Assembly: GCA_041651035.1 (NCBI GenBank)
Contig: JBAZKC010000001.1
Span: 387,244-451,243 of the forward strand
Source of the DNA: Candidatus Omnitrophota bacterium
GTDB taxonomy: Bacteria > Omnitrophota > Gorgyraeia > Gygaellales > Profunditerraquicolaceae
DNA: 64,000 nt
Direction of reading: 5' to 3'
Under the pieces are notes generated by a model. That model did no database searches. It was not told the origin of the DNA and was given only the letters and a program-made list of their open reading frames with translations. Shown in pieces: positions 44,345-53,527 of the stretch. Numbering within the stretch: the first letter of the stretch is position 1; the number at the start of each line of letters is the position of its first letter. A program made the translations under genes and the position numbers.

Positions 44345-45284
44345 CGACTCTCACCCGGCCCATCTTCCTGGCCAGGCCCAAACTTAACAAAACAATAATT
44401 ACAATAATGGCTATCCCCGGCATATCCGGCAGCCGGCTTAGCAACACTCCGCAAAGAGAGAAAAATAAACTTAAGCAGGCCATAGTAAACAGGGTTTTTT
44501 TCTTAGAATATCCCGCCGCTAAAAATCTTAATGCCAGGTGATCGTTGCTTTTCTTAAAAGGCAGCTTATTCTTACCTATACGCAAAAATACCAGGAACGC
44601 CGTATCAAATATAGGGAACCCTAAAATCAATAGGGGGCTTATCAGCGCGACCTTCCTTTCTACCGGAGCGTAACTTATTAACAGCGCGACAGCAGATAAT
44701 ACAAAACCCAGAAAATGGCTGCCGGAATTCCCCATATATACCTTAGCGGGAGGAAAATTAAATATCAAGAAACCGACCAGGGCCCCGGATAATGATAACG
44801 ATAAGATCGCCGTATGGATATCCCTGTTTAACACAGCCACCGCAAAAAAAGCAAGTGCTGCTATCAACGCTGTACTGCCAGCCACTCCATCCGTTACATC
44901 TAAATGATTGAAGGCGTTGGTAATCGCCAGGATCCAGGCTAAGGTAATGATTATATTCGCTGGACCACCAATATGAATAATTTGTGTCCTGACGCCAAGA
45001 AAAATAAGGAAAGACGCGGCGATAAGTTGTGCTGATAATTTAACAACCACTGATAATTCTCTTAAGTCGTCAATCGCTCCAAAAATAAGCATTAGAAATG
45101 ACGCGGCCATAATACCGCCTATTTCTGACGGCAAGCCGCCATGGAGAAGAAACCCAAAGAGGATTATAAGCAGGAAAACCAAGCCTATAGCCAGGCCGCC
45201 GACAAGAGGGACGCCTTGAGAAACTAATAGCCTGCGCTTTAAGGCCGCCTTCTTCAGCGGTAATAAAAAGATGGTCACGGCCAC
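44337..45284 (-). CDS. WecA/MraY-family polyprenyl-phosphate HexNAc-1-phosphate transferase (initiating enzyme)
   Basis: 315 aa polytopic membrane protein with NAFNHLDVTDGVAG (NxxNxxDGIDGL-type motif) and VYMGNSGSHFLGF. Confidence 0.75.
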   Translation of the reverse strand: MAVTIFLLPLKKAALKRRLLVSQGVPLVGGLAIGLVFLLIILFGFLLHGGLPSEIGGIMAASFLMLIFGAIDDLRELSVVVKLSAQLIAASFLIFLGVRTQIIHIGGPANIIITLAWILAITNAFNHLDVTDGVAGSTALIAALAFFAVAVLNRDIHTAILSLSLSGALVGFLIFNFPPAKVYMGNSGSHFLGFVLSAVALLISYAPVERKVALISPLLILGFPIFDTAFLVFLRIGKNKLPFKKSNDHLALRFLAAGYSKKKTLFTMACLSLFFSLCGVLLSRLPDMPGIAIIVIIVLLSLGLARKMGRVRVDA

Positions 45285-45312
45285 TAAACTATTTAAAAAG
45301 ATAAGAAAATAA

Positions 45313-46470
45313 TTAATTGCCGTGCCCTCCCGTTCCTTTGATTAAATCCTCATACAGCTCTTGAGTTTTATTTACCATATTTTCCAAGCAAAAAACGCTG
45401 CCAAGAGAATCTCTGGCCTCCTGGCCTATCGTCTTTCTTAAATGCCCGTTCTTTATCAGCAAGCTCAGCCTTTCCAGCATTCTGTTTGTGTCTCCAGGAG
45501 GTATAAGGAACCCTGTTTTGCCTTCCACAATTACTTCCCGGATCCCTCCTGTATCAGTAACGATCACGGGGCAAGAGGCGGCCATTGCTTCCAACACCGC
45601 TATCGGCAGGCCTTCCCATAAAGAAGTGAGTATAAAAATATCTATCTGTGGCAATATCCGGCACACATCCCGGCGCCAACCAGCCAAGATCACGCGCTCT
45701 TTGAGGTTAAGCCTGCGGATTAACCTTTGAGTATCTTTGCGCAATATTCCGTCGCCTACCAAGAGGAATTTTACATCCGGGAAAACCTTACTAACCAGGG
45801 AAACAAGCTTAACAAAATCCAGCGGAGACTTCTGAGGCTTAAGACAGGAAACCATGCATACTAAAAGAGCAGTATTATTTATACCCAAGGCTTCTCTTAT
45901 CCCCTGGCCCGTCTTAAGAAATTCCGAGTAGTCAATACCATAACGGATAATAATATACTTATCCTCTCCTCCGATACAGTTAGCGAGTCCTTTTTGCTTG
46001 TCATGATGAGAAACGACGATTAATTTACGGGTAAACTGCGCGGTCAGCCGCTCCAGCCATATAAAAACATAGCGGATAATATTCGGCTGATAATCATTAA
46101 AGCTCCACCCATGCACAGTATGAATGATAAAGTTTATTCCGGCAAGCCTCGCTGCGCAGCGGCCCAAAATACCGGCCTTAGAACTATGGGTATGGACAAT
46201 ATCTATGTTATTCTTTTTTATAAACCTGTGGATCTCAATTAGAGCCAGGATATCCTTAAGCGGGTTTATCGCCCGCTCCAGGAATGCGGACCTCTCCAGG
46301 GTTAAGCCGCTTGCCGCTAAGGCCTCTTCCAGCAACAGGCCGTCCTTGGCGGTAAACAAAAACAGATTGAATCTCCCTTTATCTAACCGGCTGATTATAC
46401 TCAGTAACTGCTTTTGAGCCCCTCCTAACTCTAATTTAGTGATTACATATAGAAGGTTAATTTTCCGCAT
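45313..46470 (-). CDS. family 4 glycosyltransferase
   Basis: 385 aa. LGGAQKQLLSIISRL N-terminus, EAMAASCPVIVTDTGGIREVIVEGKTGFLIPPGD C-terminus. Confidence 0.75.
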   Translation of the reverse strand: MRKINLLYVITKLELGGAQKQLLSIISRLDKGRFNLFLFTAKDGLLLEEALAASGLTLERSAFLERAINPLKDILALIEIHRFIKKNNIDIVHTHSSKAGILGRCAARLAGINFIIHTVHGWSFNDYQPNIIRYVFIWLERLTAQFTRKLIVVSHHDKQKGLANCIGGEDKYIIIRYGIDYSEFLKTGQGIREALGINNTALLVCMVSCLKPQKSPLDFVKLVSLVSKVFPDVKFLLVGDGILRKDTQRLIRRLNLKERVILAGWRRDVCRILPQIDIFILTSLWEGLPIAVLEAMAASCPVIVTDTGGIREVIVEGKTGFLIPPGDTNRMLERLSLLIKNGHLRKTIGQEARDSLGSVFCLENMVNKTQELYEDLIKGTGGHGN

Positions 46471-46509
46471 ATAGCCTTATATTTATTATGGCCCTTCTAA
46501 AGAAAGGGC

Positions 46510-47250
46510 TTAATTTATAACAAATTCGGTTTTACCCCAACTGATGAGATCACCTTTAATTATAATCGCGACCCCGATAACGCCGCGTATAGACTTAGCA
46601 AAATTCAACGCTGTCATTAAATCCCGTCTGGACCGTACAAGATTTCCCGCGGCTGTGGCAACGGCGTCAGCCAAACATGTATTCTTTGATAAAACGATCA
46701 CGCTATCGGCGCAGCCGAAACTTAAAGAATACCCTACTGTCCCTGAAGAGGCGCATACGCCTATGGGCGTATCCGACGGCCTTATTTTCAGGCTGAGCCT
46801 GTTCCATAACTTACGCCTGCCGTTATAAATTCCTATCAGGCGGGGTTTAGTCGTCTTTAAGAATATATCGCCGCCGTTCTCGATAATAACATTTTTGCAT
46901 CCCTTCCTTAATAAATCCCTGCCCAGGAATTCAGCTATGCTGCCTGCCACAGCCGCCATAGGCCCGACACCGGCTTTCCTGGCGCACCGGGCCATTTCTT
47001 TTACAATCATACGGGCGTTTAGCTCTACCGCCAAAGGCTCAAGCGAGGTTAAGAATCTCCTATCCCTGGCTATGTAGTTTTCTATAGCCAAACGATACAA
47101 AAATACCCTCCTCTTAAGGAAGGCCCTGTCAATTACCTTATCTGTAAGAATCTGTAAATCCGTCTCTCTGTCCACAAGGCGCGTCTTATACAGATCACTT
47201 ACATTAACCCAGTCCCGATAAAATCTTCGTTGGTATTTATCAGACTTCAT
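46510..47250 (-). CDS. UPF0280-family protein (ApbE-like superfamily)
   Basis: 246 aa with the UPF0280-type GVGPMAAVAGSIAEF motif and Gly-rich ENGGDIFL segment. No assignable function. Confidence 0.45.
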   Translation of the reverse strand: MKSDKYQRRFYRDWVNVSDLYKTRLVDRETDLQILTDKVIDRAFLKRRVFLYRLAIENYIARDRRFLTSLEPLAVELNARMIVKEMARCARKAGVGPMAAVAGSIAEFLGRDLLRKGCKNVIIENGGDIFLKTTKPRLIGIYNGRRKLWNRLSLKIRPSDTPIGVCASSGTVGYSLSFGCADSVIVLSKNTCLADAVATAAGNLVRSRRDLMTALNFAKSIRGVIGVAIIIKGDLISWGKTEFVIN

Positions 47251-47257
47251 GCCTGTG

Positions 47258-48076
47258 CTATTTTATACTTATACCGGAGGATAGAAGGTCTTCTGTCAGC
47301 TGCTGGACATCCTTAAAGACAAAACCTCTTATGCCCAATCCTTTAGCGCTCTCAACGAGTTCCGGCCTGTCGTCGGCATAGAAACAGCTATCGGGAGACA
47401 CCCCTAAGATTTCCAGGGCTCTATGGTAAATCCGGCTTTGAGGTTTTCTTAGTCCCATTTCAAAGGAGGCCATGATTTGAAAGGCATTAAAAATAGGAAA
47501 GGCTCTCTTTATATATTCAAAGTGTAAAATATTTATATTCGACAGGATGGCTAATTTATAGTGCTTCCCCAGGCTGACTGCCAGATTATACACGGAAAGG
47601 TTTTTCTCGCTGAAAAAGAATATCTCATTCCAAATAGGCAGGAATTCATCATAATCCAATTTCAAGCTGAGCATTTCCTTTACTCTTGAGAAAAATTGCG
47701 GGCCGGAAAGCCTGCCTTCTTCGAAGAGCTCTGTCAGTTCGGAATCAAAGAAAAGGTTGAATATCCCGTCAGGGGATTTATCCATAAATCCAGGGCCTTT
47801 AGATGGCGAGGAACCCTGCTGGAATAATTTTTGCACAGCTATCATGTGGTCAAAATCGATTAGGACATTGCCTAAATCAAATATAACCGCCTTTATTCTG
47901 CCCGGGGAAGCCGCCCCTTCAGATAAGGCGGGGCCTATTGTTTGTGAGCCGGCCCTATCAGCTCCGATAACGCGGCCCATAGCCGGATCCTGGTTATCTT
48001 CCATTAATTCCCTTTCTCCTTCTCTTTCCTGAACAAATCCAGGAACCTGTCTTCGTATTCCTTGTATACATTCCAC
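47258..48076 (-). CDS. HAD-superfamily hydrolase with ~60 aa N-terminal extension
   Basis: 272 aa. HAD motif I (IKAVIFDLGNVLIDFD) and C-terminal motif (FYADDRPELVESAKGLGIRG). Confidence 0.55.
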   Translation of the reverse strand: MECIQGIRRQVPGFVQEREGERELMEDNQDPAMGRVIGADRAGSQTIGPALSEGAASPGRIKAVIFDLGNVLIDFDHMIAVQKLFQQGSSPSKGPGFMDKSPDGIFNLFFDSELTELFEEGRLSGPQFFSRVKEMLSLKLDYDEFLPIWNEIFFFSEKNLSVYNLAVSLGKHYKLAILSNINILHFEYIKRAFPIFNAFQIMASFEMGLRKPQSRIYHRALEILGVSPDSCFYADDRPELVESAKGLGIRGFVFKDVQQLTEDLLSSGISIK

Positions 48077-49017
48077 TTATCCAATTCAGTTTTTAACTCA
48101 GTGGCCTTTGTGATATCAGATTTTGCCTGATCGAATAGTTTTTCGATCTTATCTTTCATGGAAATGGGCAGTTTTGTAAGCTGGCTTAGGGTCTTTTTGA
48201 TCTTCTCTATTTCTTCCTCGCCGATCGGGCCAATTTGGCTGGGAGAGCCTAATTTGAGATACTCCAGGAGTTTATTAATCTCGCTCTCCATGGTTTGCGC
48301 CTGTTCTCTAAGCTTGGTAAAGTCTATCTGGATATTTATTATCTTGGCTAACGCGCCCAGGACCTCTTGCGAAGCCCGAGGGTTTTCGATCTGAATGGTA
48401 TAAAAAGGGATCTCGCCAAGAAGGCAAAACCCCTTTAAGCCTTCTTTTTTAGCCATACCCAAGAACAAGCCGTTCATGCCGCTGATCTGGCCTTCAGGCA
48501 GCGCCTTGAAATTATATTTATTTAAATTAATGTTTATCTCCGGGGAAGTGGAAGCAAACCATACGCCGGGCTCCTGCGTATGATCGATAGGTTGAGGCAT
48601 AGAGGCAAAACTGGCGATTATTTCTACATTAAAACTTTTGGCAAGGTGGATGATTATTTTAGAGTAGGTTTCCGCCTTGGACAGGTCCGGCTGAGCGTTA
48701 CTCAGAAAAATTATCAAGTCGCGGGCATCCTGTTTTCCACCTGGACTCTTAACGGACATGCCGCTCTTTGTGGCAGGATTCTTCCAATAATAAAACTTGC
48801 TCTCCGGTAAATCCGGCACGCTTAATATTCCTTCTTTGATGATACTCCCGGTCAAATAAAAGAACTCTTCCGGGGGTATTGACGCAAACTGTTGGGCTTT
48901 TAACGCCTCCACCAAATAAGAAGCTGCTTTAAATGCCACTTCTCCCATACCGGGCCAGGCAACAATAAGATAAGGTTTCTTGAGCCTGGGCCTTTTAAGA
49001 ATTTTTATTCCTTCCAT
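48004..49017 (-). CDS. PAC2-family (COG1938-type) protein with C-terminal coiled-coil
   Basis: 337 aa. N-terminal PYLIVAWPGMGEVAFKAASYLVEAL block typical of PAC2-family proteins. C-terminal ~90 aa K/E-rich coiled-coil. Confidence 0.45.
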   Translation of the reverse strand: MEGIKILKRPRLKKPYLIVAWPGMGEVAFKAASYLVEALKAQQFASIPPEEFFYLTGSIIKEGILSVPDLPESKFYYWKNPATKSGMSVKSPGGKQDARDLIIFLSNAQPDLSKAETYSKIIIHLAKSFNVEIIASFASMPQPIDHTQEPGVWFASTSPEININLNKYNFKALPEGQISGMNGLFLGMAKKEGLKGFCLLGEIPFYTIQIENPRASQEVLGALAKIINIQIDFTKLREQAQTMESEINKLLEYLKLGSPSQIGPIGEEEIEKIKKTLSQLTKLPISMKDKIEKLFDQAKSDITKATELKTELDKWNVYKEYEDRFLDLFRKEKEKGN

Positions 49018-49028
49018 TATTCCACTCC

Positions 49029-50222
49029 TTATTGATTAATACTTTGGCGATTGTCATTTTGAAACCTGTAATTCTTCAAAAATATTTCCAAAGCAGTTGC
49101 TCCCCTGTAAAGATTATCTATTTCTGCGTATTCATCCGCTATATGCGCGCAACCCTCGGAACCGAAACCACAGGCTACTGCCGGTATATTTTTGTGCTGG
49201 AAAAAAGTCATTACAGTAGCGCCTTCAGAACCCCTGATTGCCGGCCTGCCCCCGGCTTTATGCATTGCTCCCTTAAGGCAGGCTACTAAAGGATATTCTT
49301 TGCTTATATAGTAAGGTTCTTGAATTCCCTCTATCTCTATCTGTATCTTTGCCTTACCCTGTAATGCCTTGCCAGGACGGGAGGTTTTTTTGATGCGCCT
49401 GTCAGTAATACCTTTTAAGATGCTTAAAAAATATTTTGCTGACATGCCCGGCAGAAACCGGAAATCCAATTCGAATTCACACCAATCAGCTACAACATTA
49501 ACCTTGTCCCCGCCTTTTATAGTCCCGATATTAATGGTGGGGGGCTTTAAATACCTGTTTCCAGGAGAAGAAAACTTATGCGCTTTTATCTCCTTGATTA
49601 TATCTAAGGCAATATCTATGGCGTTAATGCCTTGTTCCGGATAAGCACCATGCGCTTTCCTGCCTTGTATCTTTAGCTTAAGATGTATTAATCCTTTCTG
49701 TGTTATAATTATTTCAAAATTATCCGCGTCCAGCACAAGAGCCGCATCCGGCTGCAATATCTTTTTGTTTAATAAAGGCTGGAGGCCAAGATCTGAACCG
49801 GATTCTTCATCCGCGGTAGCCGCGAATATTAAATTATAACCCAGGGTTATATTATCCTCAACAATACTGTTTATCGCTTCTAACGCGCAGGCGAGATTGC
49901 CTTTACAGTCGGTAGCGCCTAAGCCGTAGATCCTGCCTTTTTTTATCTCTCCTGCGAACGGATCAAACTTCCAATTCGCCCCCGCGGGCACGGTATCTAA
50001 ATGCGGGCTGATAAGAAGAGAGCGTTGCCTGTTTATCCCTTCTAAAACCGCTACTACATTAGACCGCCTGCTCTTAAACTCATAAATCCTTGGGCTTAGC
50101 CCTAACGCCTTAAGATAATCTCTTACAAAACAGGCGATTTCAAATTCATTGCCGGGCGGATTCTCCGAATTTATCTTTATTAGCCTTCGAGTCAGGCTTA
50201 TAAGCCTTTTCTTATTTATCAT
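49029..50222 (-). CDS. M20-family metallopeptidase (ArgE/DapE-like deacylase)
   Basis: 397 aa. SPHLDTVPAG, GATDCKGNLACALEA and ADEESG metal-ligand motifs of the M20 family. Confidence 0.7.
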   Translation of the reverse strand: MINKKRLISLTRRLIKINSENPPGNEFEIACFVRDYLKALGLSPRIYEFKSRRSNVVAVLEGINRQRSLLISPHLDTVPAGANWKFDPFAGEIKKGRIYGLGATDCKGNLACALEAINSIVEDNITLGYNLIFAATADEESGSDLGLQPLLNKKILQPDAALVLDADNFEIIITQKGLIHLKLKIQGRKAHGAYPEQGINAIDIALDIIKEIKAHKFSSPGNRYLKPPTINIGTIKGGDKVNVVADWCEFELDFRFLPGMSAKYFLSILKGITDRRIKKTSRPGKALQGKAKIQIEIEGIQEPYYISKEYPLVACLKGAMHKAGGRPAIRGSEGATVMTFFQHKNIPAVACGFGSEGCAHIADEYAEIDNLYRGATALEIFLKNYRFQNDNRQSINQ

Positions 50223-50247
50223 AGCCGGAGCTTACTAAAAAGAGGCG

Positions 50248-50967
50248 CTAAAAACTATAATTAAGGCTGAAGGCGAGGGCTTCGCTGTCAAACGCGCTGC
50301 CTTCCAAGTTAACCCAGATCCTTTCTGCTAAAGGAAGATCAAAGCCATAAATAAGGCCGATGCTCCTGGACGGATCAGACATCTTCCGCTTTCTATCGCC
50401 TCCCTGGTCATGTATGTAATCTACCCTGGACCATCTTGTTCCTAGATAAGGCGCGATCCTCTTAAAATCACGGGAGACCAATAGAGAGGTTTGCCAGTCA
50501 TCCAAGATTGCCTTATTCTTGACATCTCCTGAATGCTTGCTTTTAGGATGGACACTTATATGCTGGAACCCAAATACCACTTTGATGTTTTTCTTATCAT
50601 AGAATTTCAAACGGAACCCGTAGCCGCCGGCAAAATTAGAAGCGTAATCAATCTTATCGCCTCCCGTAGGATACTGTTTTATATTACCGGCGCCCCCTTT
50701 TAAATCTAGAGAAAACCAATCAAAAACCCCGTAGGATAAAAGGACAAAATACTGGGCGCTCTTCATCTTGCCGTAATCATCCTCAAGATACCTTTTAAAA
50801 ATGGAATACGTCTGGGCGCCTGTGAAGAAACCTTTCTGTGGAGGCAATTTTGTTCCGTAACATGGCGCGGCATAGGAAGACGACAACAGGCTAAGGGCCA
50901 AAACCAAAGCCAGTAATAAATTACGCATTAACACTCCCTTAGTGACCCCAACGGGCATATGCCGCAT
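50248..50967 (-). CDS. putative outer-membrane beta-barrel protein (signal peptide, C-terminal Phe)
   Basis: 239 aa. Signal peptide (LLLALVLALSLLSSSYAAPC), alternating amphipathic strands, terminal ...SLNYSF. Confidence 0.4.
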   Translation of the reverse strand: MRHMPVGVTKGVLMRNLLLALVLALSLLSSSYAAPCYGTKLPPQKGFFTGAQTYSIFKRYLEDDYGKMKSAQYFVLLSYGVFDWFSLDLKGGAGNIKQYPTGGDKIDYASNFAGGYGFRLKFYDKKNIKVVFGFQHISVHPKSKHSGDVKNKAILDDWQTSLLVSRDFKRIAPYLGTRWSRVDYIHDQGGDRKRKMSDPSRSIGLIYGFDLPLAERIWVNLEGSAFDSEALAFSLNYSF

Positions 50968-51575
50968 TTTGGTTTTGACTTCAGGCAGAAATCCTTGCCC
51001 AGCCTTACTAATAGCGCGTGGTATTCGTTGAATAATTTTACATCGTTTTTGATATTTTGCATAAATAAATTTTGTACCTCTTCATAAGAAGAATCCGCCC
51101 TGATAATCCGATGCCTTAAAAGCACCCTCTTTGTATAGGCATCGACCACGAATACGGGTTTATTAAGACCATAGAGCAGTATAGAATCCGCGGTTTCCGG
51201 GCCTACACCTTTAACAGAAAGCAGTTGTATGCGCAGGGCTAAAGTATCAATTTTAGATATTTTTTTTATGCTCCCCTTATAAACCCTGAATAAAAACGCG
51301 GCGAATTCCTTAAGCCGCCCCGCCTTAATATTATAATAGCCGGACGGCCTTATAAACGAGGCTAACCTTTTAGGGGACAGCTTATAAAGCGCCTGCGGAG
51401 ATAATAATTTATTTCTTTTAAGATTGCCTACCGCTTTTTCAACGTTACCCCAATTCGTATTCTGGGTAAGGATAGCTCCCACCATGACCTCAAACGGGCT
51501 ATCAGCCGGCCACCAATGCTGCGGGCCGAAATAGAAATAAAGTTTTTGATAAATTAAACCGAGCTTTCTTTTCAA
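50928..51575 (-). CDS. endonuclease III-like HhH-GPD base-excision DNA glycosylase with 4Fe-4S loop
   Basis: 215 aa. ILTQNTNW, helix-hairpin-helix VKGVGPETADSIL, VDAYTKRVL and C-terminal CLKSKPKCGICPL...C cluster. Confidence 0.7.
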   Translation of the reverse strand: MKRKLGLIYQKLYFYFGPQHWWPADSPFEVMVGAILTQNTNWGNVEKAVGNLKRNKLLSPQALYKLSPKRLASFIRPSGYYNIKAGRLKEFAAFLFRVYKGSIKKISKIDTLALRIQLLSVKGVGPETADSILLYGLNKPVFVVDAYTKRVLLRHRIIRADSSYEEVQNLFMQNIKNDVKLFNEYHALLVRLGKDFCLKSKPKCGICPLGSLREC

Positions 51576-53524
51576 TCTCTAAGTTCCAAAGGGTTATAGT
51601 TATAGTAGGCGAAGAGCGTGTAAGTAGTGCCTGCTACCGAACCGGTGGATTTGCCCTTAGGAGTAGACCATCCGTGGCCGGTGTCCGCGGAATCCTGGGT
51701 TGCGTAAGGAAGACAGCTCTCTCCCTGCCCGGAAGGGGAAGGACTGGATATGATCATGTTGCTTAATTCCGATAGATATTCATCGGCTTTACGGGCATAG
51801 GCGCGGGATTTATCGGGCAGGCTGTCTTTATAATAATCCGCCATTATCTTATACGCCATGACCATCTGGCCTGTCCACTCCGAAGAAACAACGCCGCCTC
51901 TGGCCAAATTCCTTTGGCTGGCAAAATCAAAGCCTCTTACTTTAACAGTCTGCCCTTCCGGCCGGAGAAAGGCAACCTCTACGCTGCAATTCTGTTCGGC
52001 AAATTCTACGATCCTGTCGGGATCCATACCTATTTCTTCCAGTTTACGGGGGCCGACAGCCGCTATTGACCAGGCATAAGTATCAGTGGCAATAGTAGAA
52101 TCCCCTTTGCCGCGCTTAATCGGAAGCTCGGCCTTATCATATGTATACCGGACTAACCAGCTCAATACTTTGTTAGCGGCTTCTTGATAGCAGACCCTGC
52201 CTGTAATTTTATATAACATATTAAAGAAAGAATAAGCATCCAGATTATGTTCTGTGGCATACCATTCTATACCAGGCCCTCCGCGGATACCGCCGTCTTT
52301 GTCCTGGCCCTGTAAATCAATTATAGCCTGGGCGATCTCTTCCGCCAGCCGGACATAACTACTATCCCCGGATTTCTGAGTATACTGCATTATCGCAATA
52401 CCCAGCCAGATATTCGGCCCGCTCTGGACTACGTATTCAGAGGGGCTTCCATCGTTAGCGTAATAGGCGTTATAAAATTGCCTGTCCCGCCTTTTCGCCT
52501 TGGTATTAAAAAAATCAAATATTCTTCTGGCGCGTTGGAAATCAGAAAAAAGAGTATACGCCTGGGCGACCAGCGATTGATCATAAATAAACGCCCAGTT
52601 GGCGATATCGTTGTCTCCTTCAAAACTTATGACCAGGCCTGTGCGCGGATTTTGATGCACCTTTAGCCACTGATACATCTTCTCCACATTAGCCTGCTCT
52701 AAACTTACTTTCTCTTCGCTTAAATTTACGATCTCTTTGACAACTGCGTCTTCTTTGCGTTGGACGACAACCAACTGTTCTTCTAAGGCGGCTTTTGCGA
52801 CACTTAATTCTTTGATCAGCCCGCTTAATTCTTCCATCTTCCTGGACTGTTTGTCTGTTGCCAGCCTTGCGTTTGCCTCTACTTCAGATTTCTCCCTCTC
52901 TATAGTCTGGATACGCGGTTCTAATGCCTTTATCCTTGCTTCCAGATCCTCCCGTTCCTTGCTTATCCGGCCTATCTTCTCTTCGGCAATGCTGGATTCC
53001 TGCACAGTCTTAACCAGCTGCTCTACTAAGGCCCGGTTATCTTTAATTAATTTCGCGTTTATCAAGCTATTAACCGCGATCACTGAACCCAGTATAAAAA
53101 TAATGCTTAAGGCCACCGGGATAAATATTTTTTTGGCCCACACATAGCGCATGATCCTGTTATTCTGGAAATGGTCGATTTTTTCGTAACTTAAGCCGAT
53201 AAGATATTTATTGGGGTTTCCTCCAGGGGCTTGGGCAATCCAGACAATCCTTGCCTTGGCAGGCACGGGCTTCCTGGCCAAAGGCATCTCTATATCTAAA
53301 GATATTTTTGCCTGCCCTTCTTTTAACAACCTGGCTAATTCCGGATTTAGATTATTCACGGAAAGGCAGATCCCGCCGCGGCCGACATCATTAGTAAAAC
53401 CCTGCAGCCAATCTGATAAAAAGTGCTCCCCGTCTATCGCCAACAGGCGGAATTGCACGGGAAAAACAGAATCCAAGCGTACGTATTCACGGCGCTCTTT
53501 TCCGGGGTAATCGTGTCTAGCCAT
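51572..53524 (-). CDS. PilZ-domain protein: PilZ / single TM / long coiled-coil / large C-terminal (alpha/alpha)-barrel-like domain
   Basis: 650 aa. N-terminal PilZ motifs (ERREYVRL = RxxxR; NDVGRGGICL = D/NxSxxG), TM helix (IFIPVALSIIFILGSVIAV), about 150 aa heptad-rich segment, then about 350 aa Trp/Tyr-rich domain. Confidence 0.6.
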   Translation of the reverse strand: MARHDYPGKERREYVRLDSVFPVQFRLLAIDGEHFLSDWLQGFTNDVGRGGICLSVNNLNPELARLLKEGQAKISLDIEMPLARKPVPAKARIVWIAQAPGGNPNKYLIGLSYEKIDHFQNNRIMRYVWAKKIFIPVALSIIFILGSVIAVNSLINAKLIKDNRALVEQLVKTVQESSIAEEKIGRISKEREDLEARIKALEPRIQTIEREKSEVEANARLATDKQSRKMEELSGLIKELSVAKAALEEQLVVVQRKEDAVVKEIVNLSEEKVSLEQANVEKMYQWLKVHQNPRTGLVISFEGDNDIANWAFIYDQSLVAQAYTLFSDFQRARRIFDFFNTKAKRRDRQFYNAYYANDGSPSEYVVQSGPNIWLGIAIMQYTQKSGDSSYVRLAEEIAQAIIDLQGQDKDGGIRGGPGIEWYATEHNLDAYSFFNMLYKITGRVCYQEAANKVLSWLVRYTYDKAELPIKRGKGDSTIATDTYAWSIAAVGPRKLEEIGMDPDRIVEFAEQNCSVEVAFLRPEGQTVKVRGFDFASQRNLARGGVVSSEWTGQMVMAYKIMADYYKDSLPDKSRAYARKADEYLSELSNMIISSPSPSGQGESCLPYATQDSADTGHGWSTPKGKSTGSVAGTTYTLFAYYNYNPLELRD

Positions 53525-53527
53525 AAG

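Noticed and set aside
52737-53147. 136 aa plus-strand ORF antisense to the PilZ-protein gene
   Set aside because: Low-complexity Ser/Leu/Ala-rich translation, antisense to the coiled-coil-coding region (an expected artefact of heptad-repeat coding).
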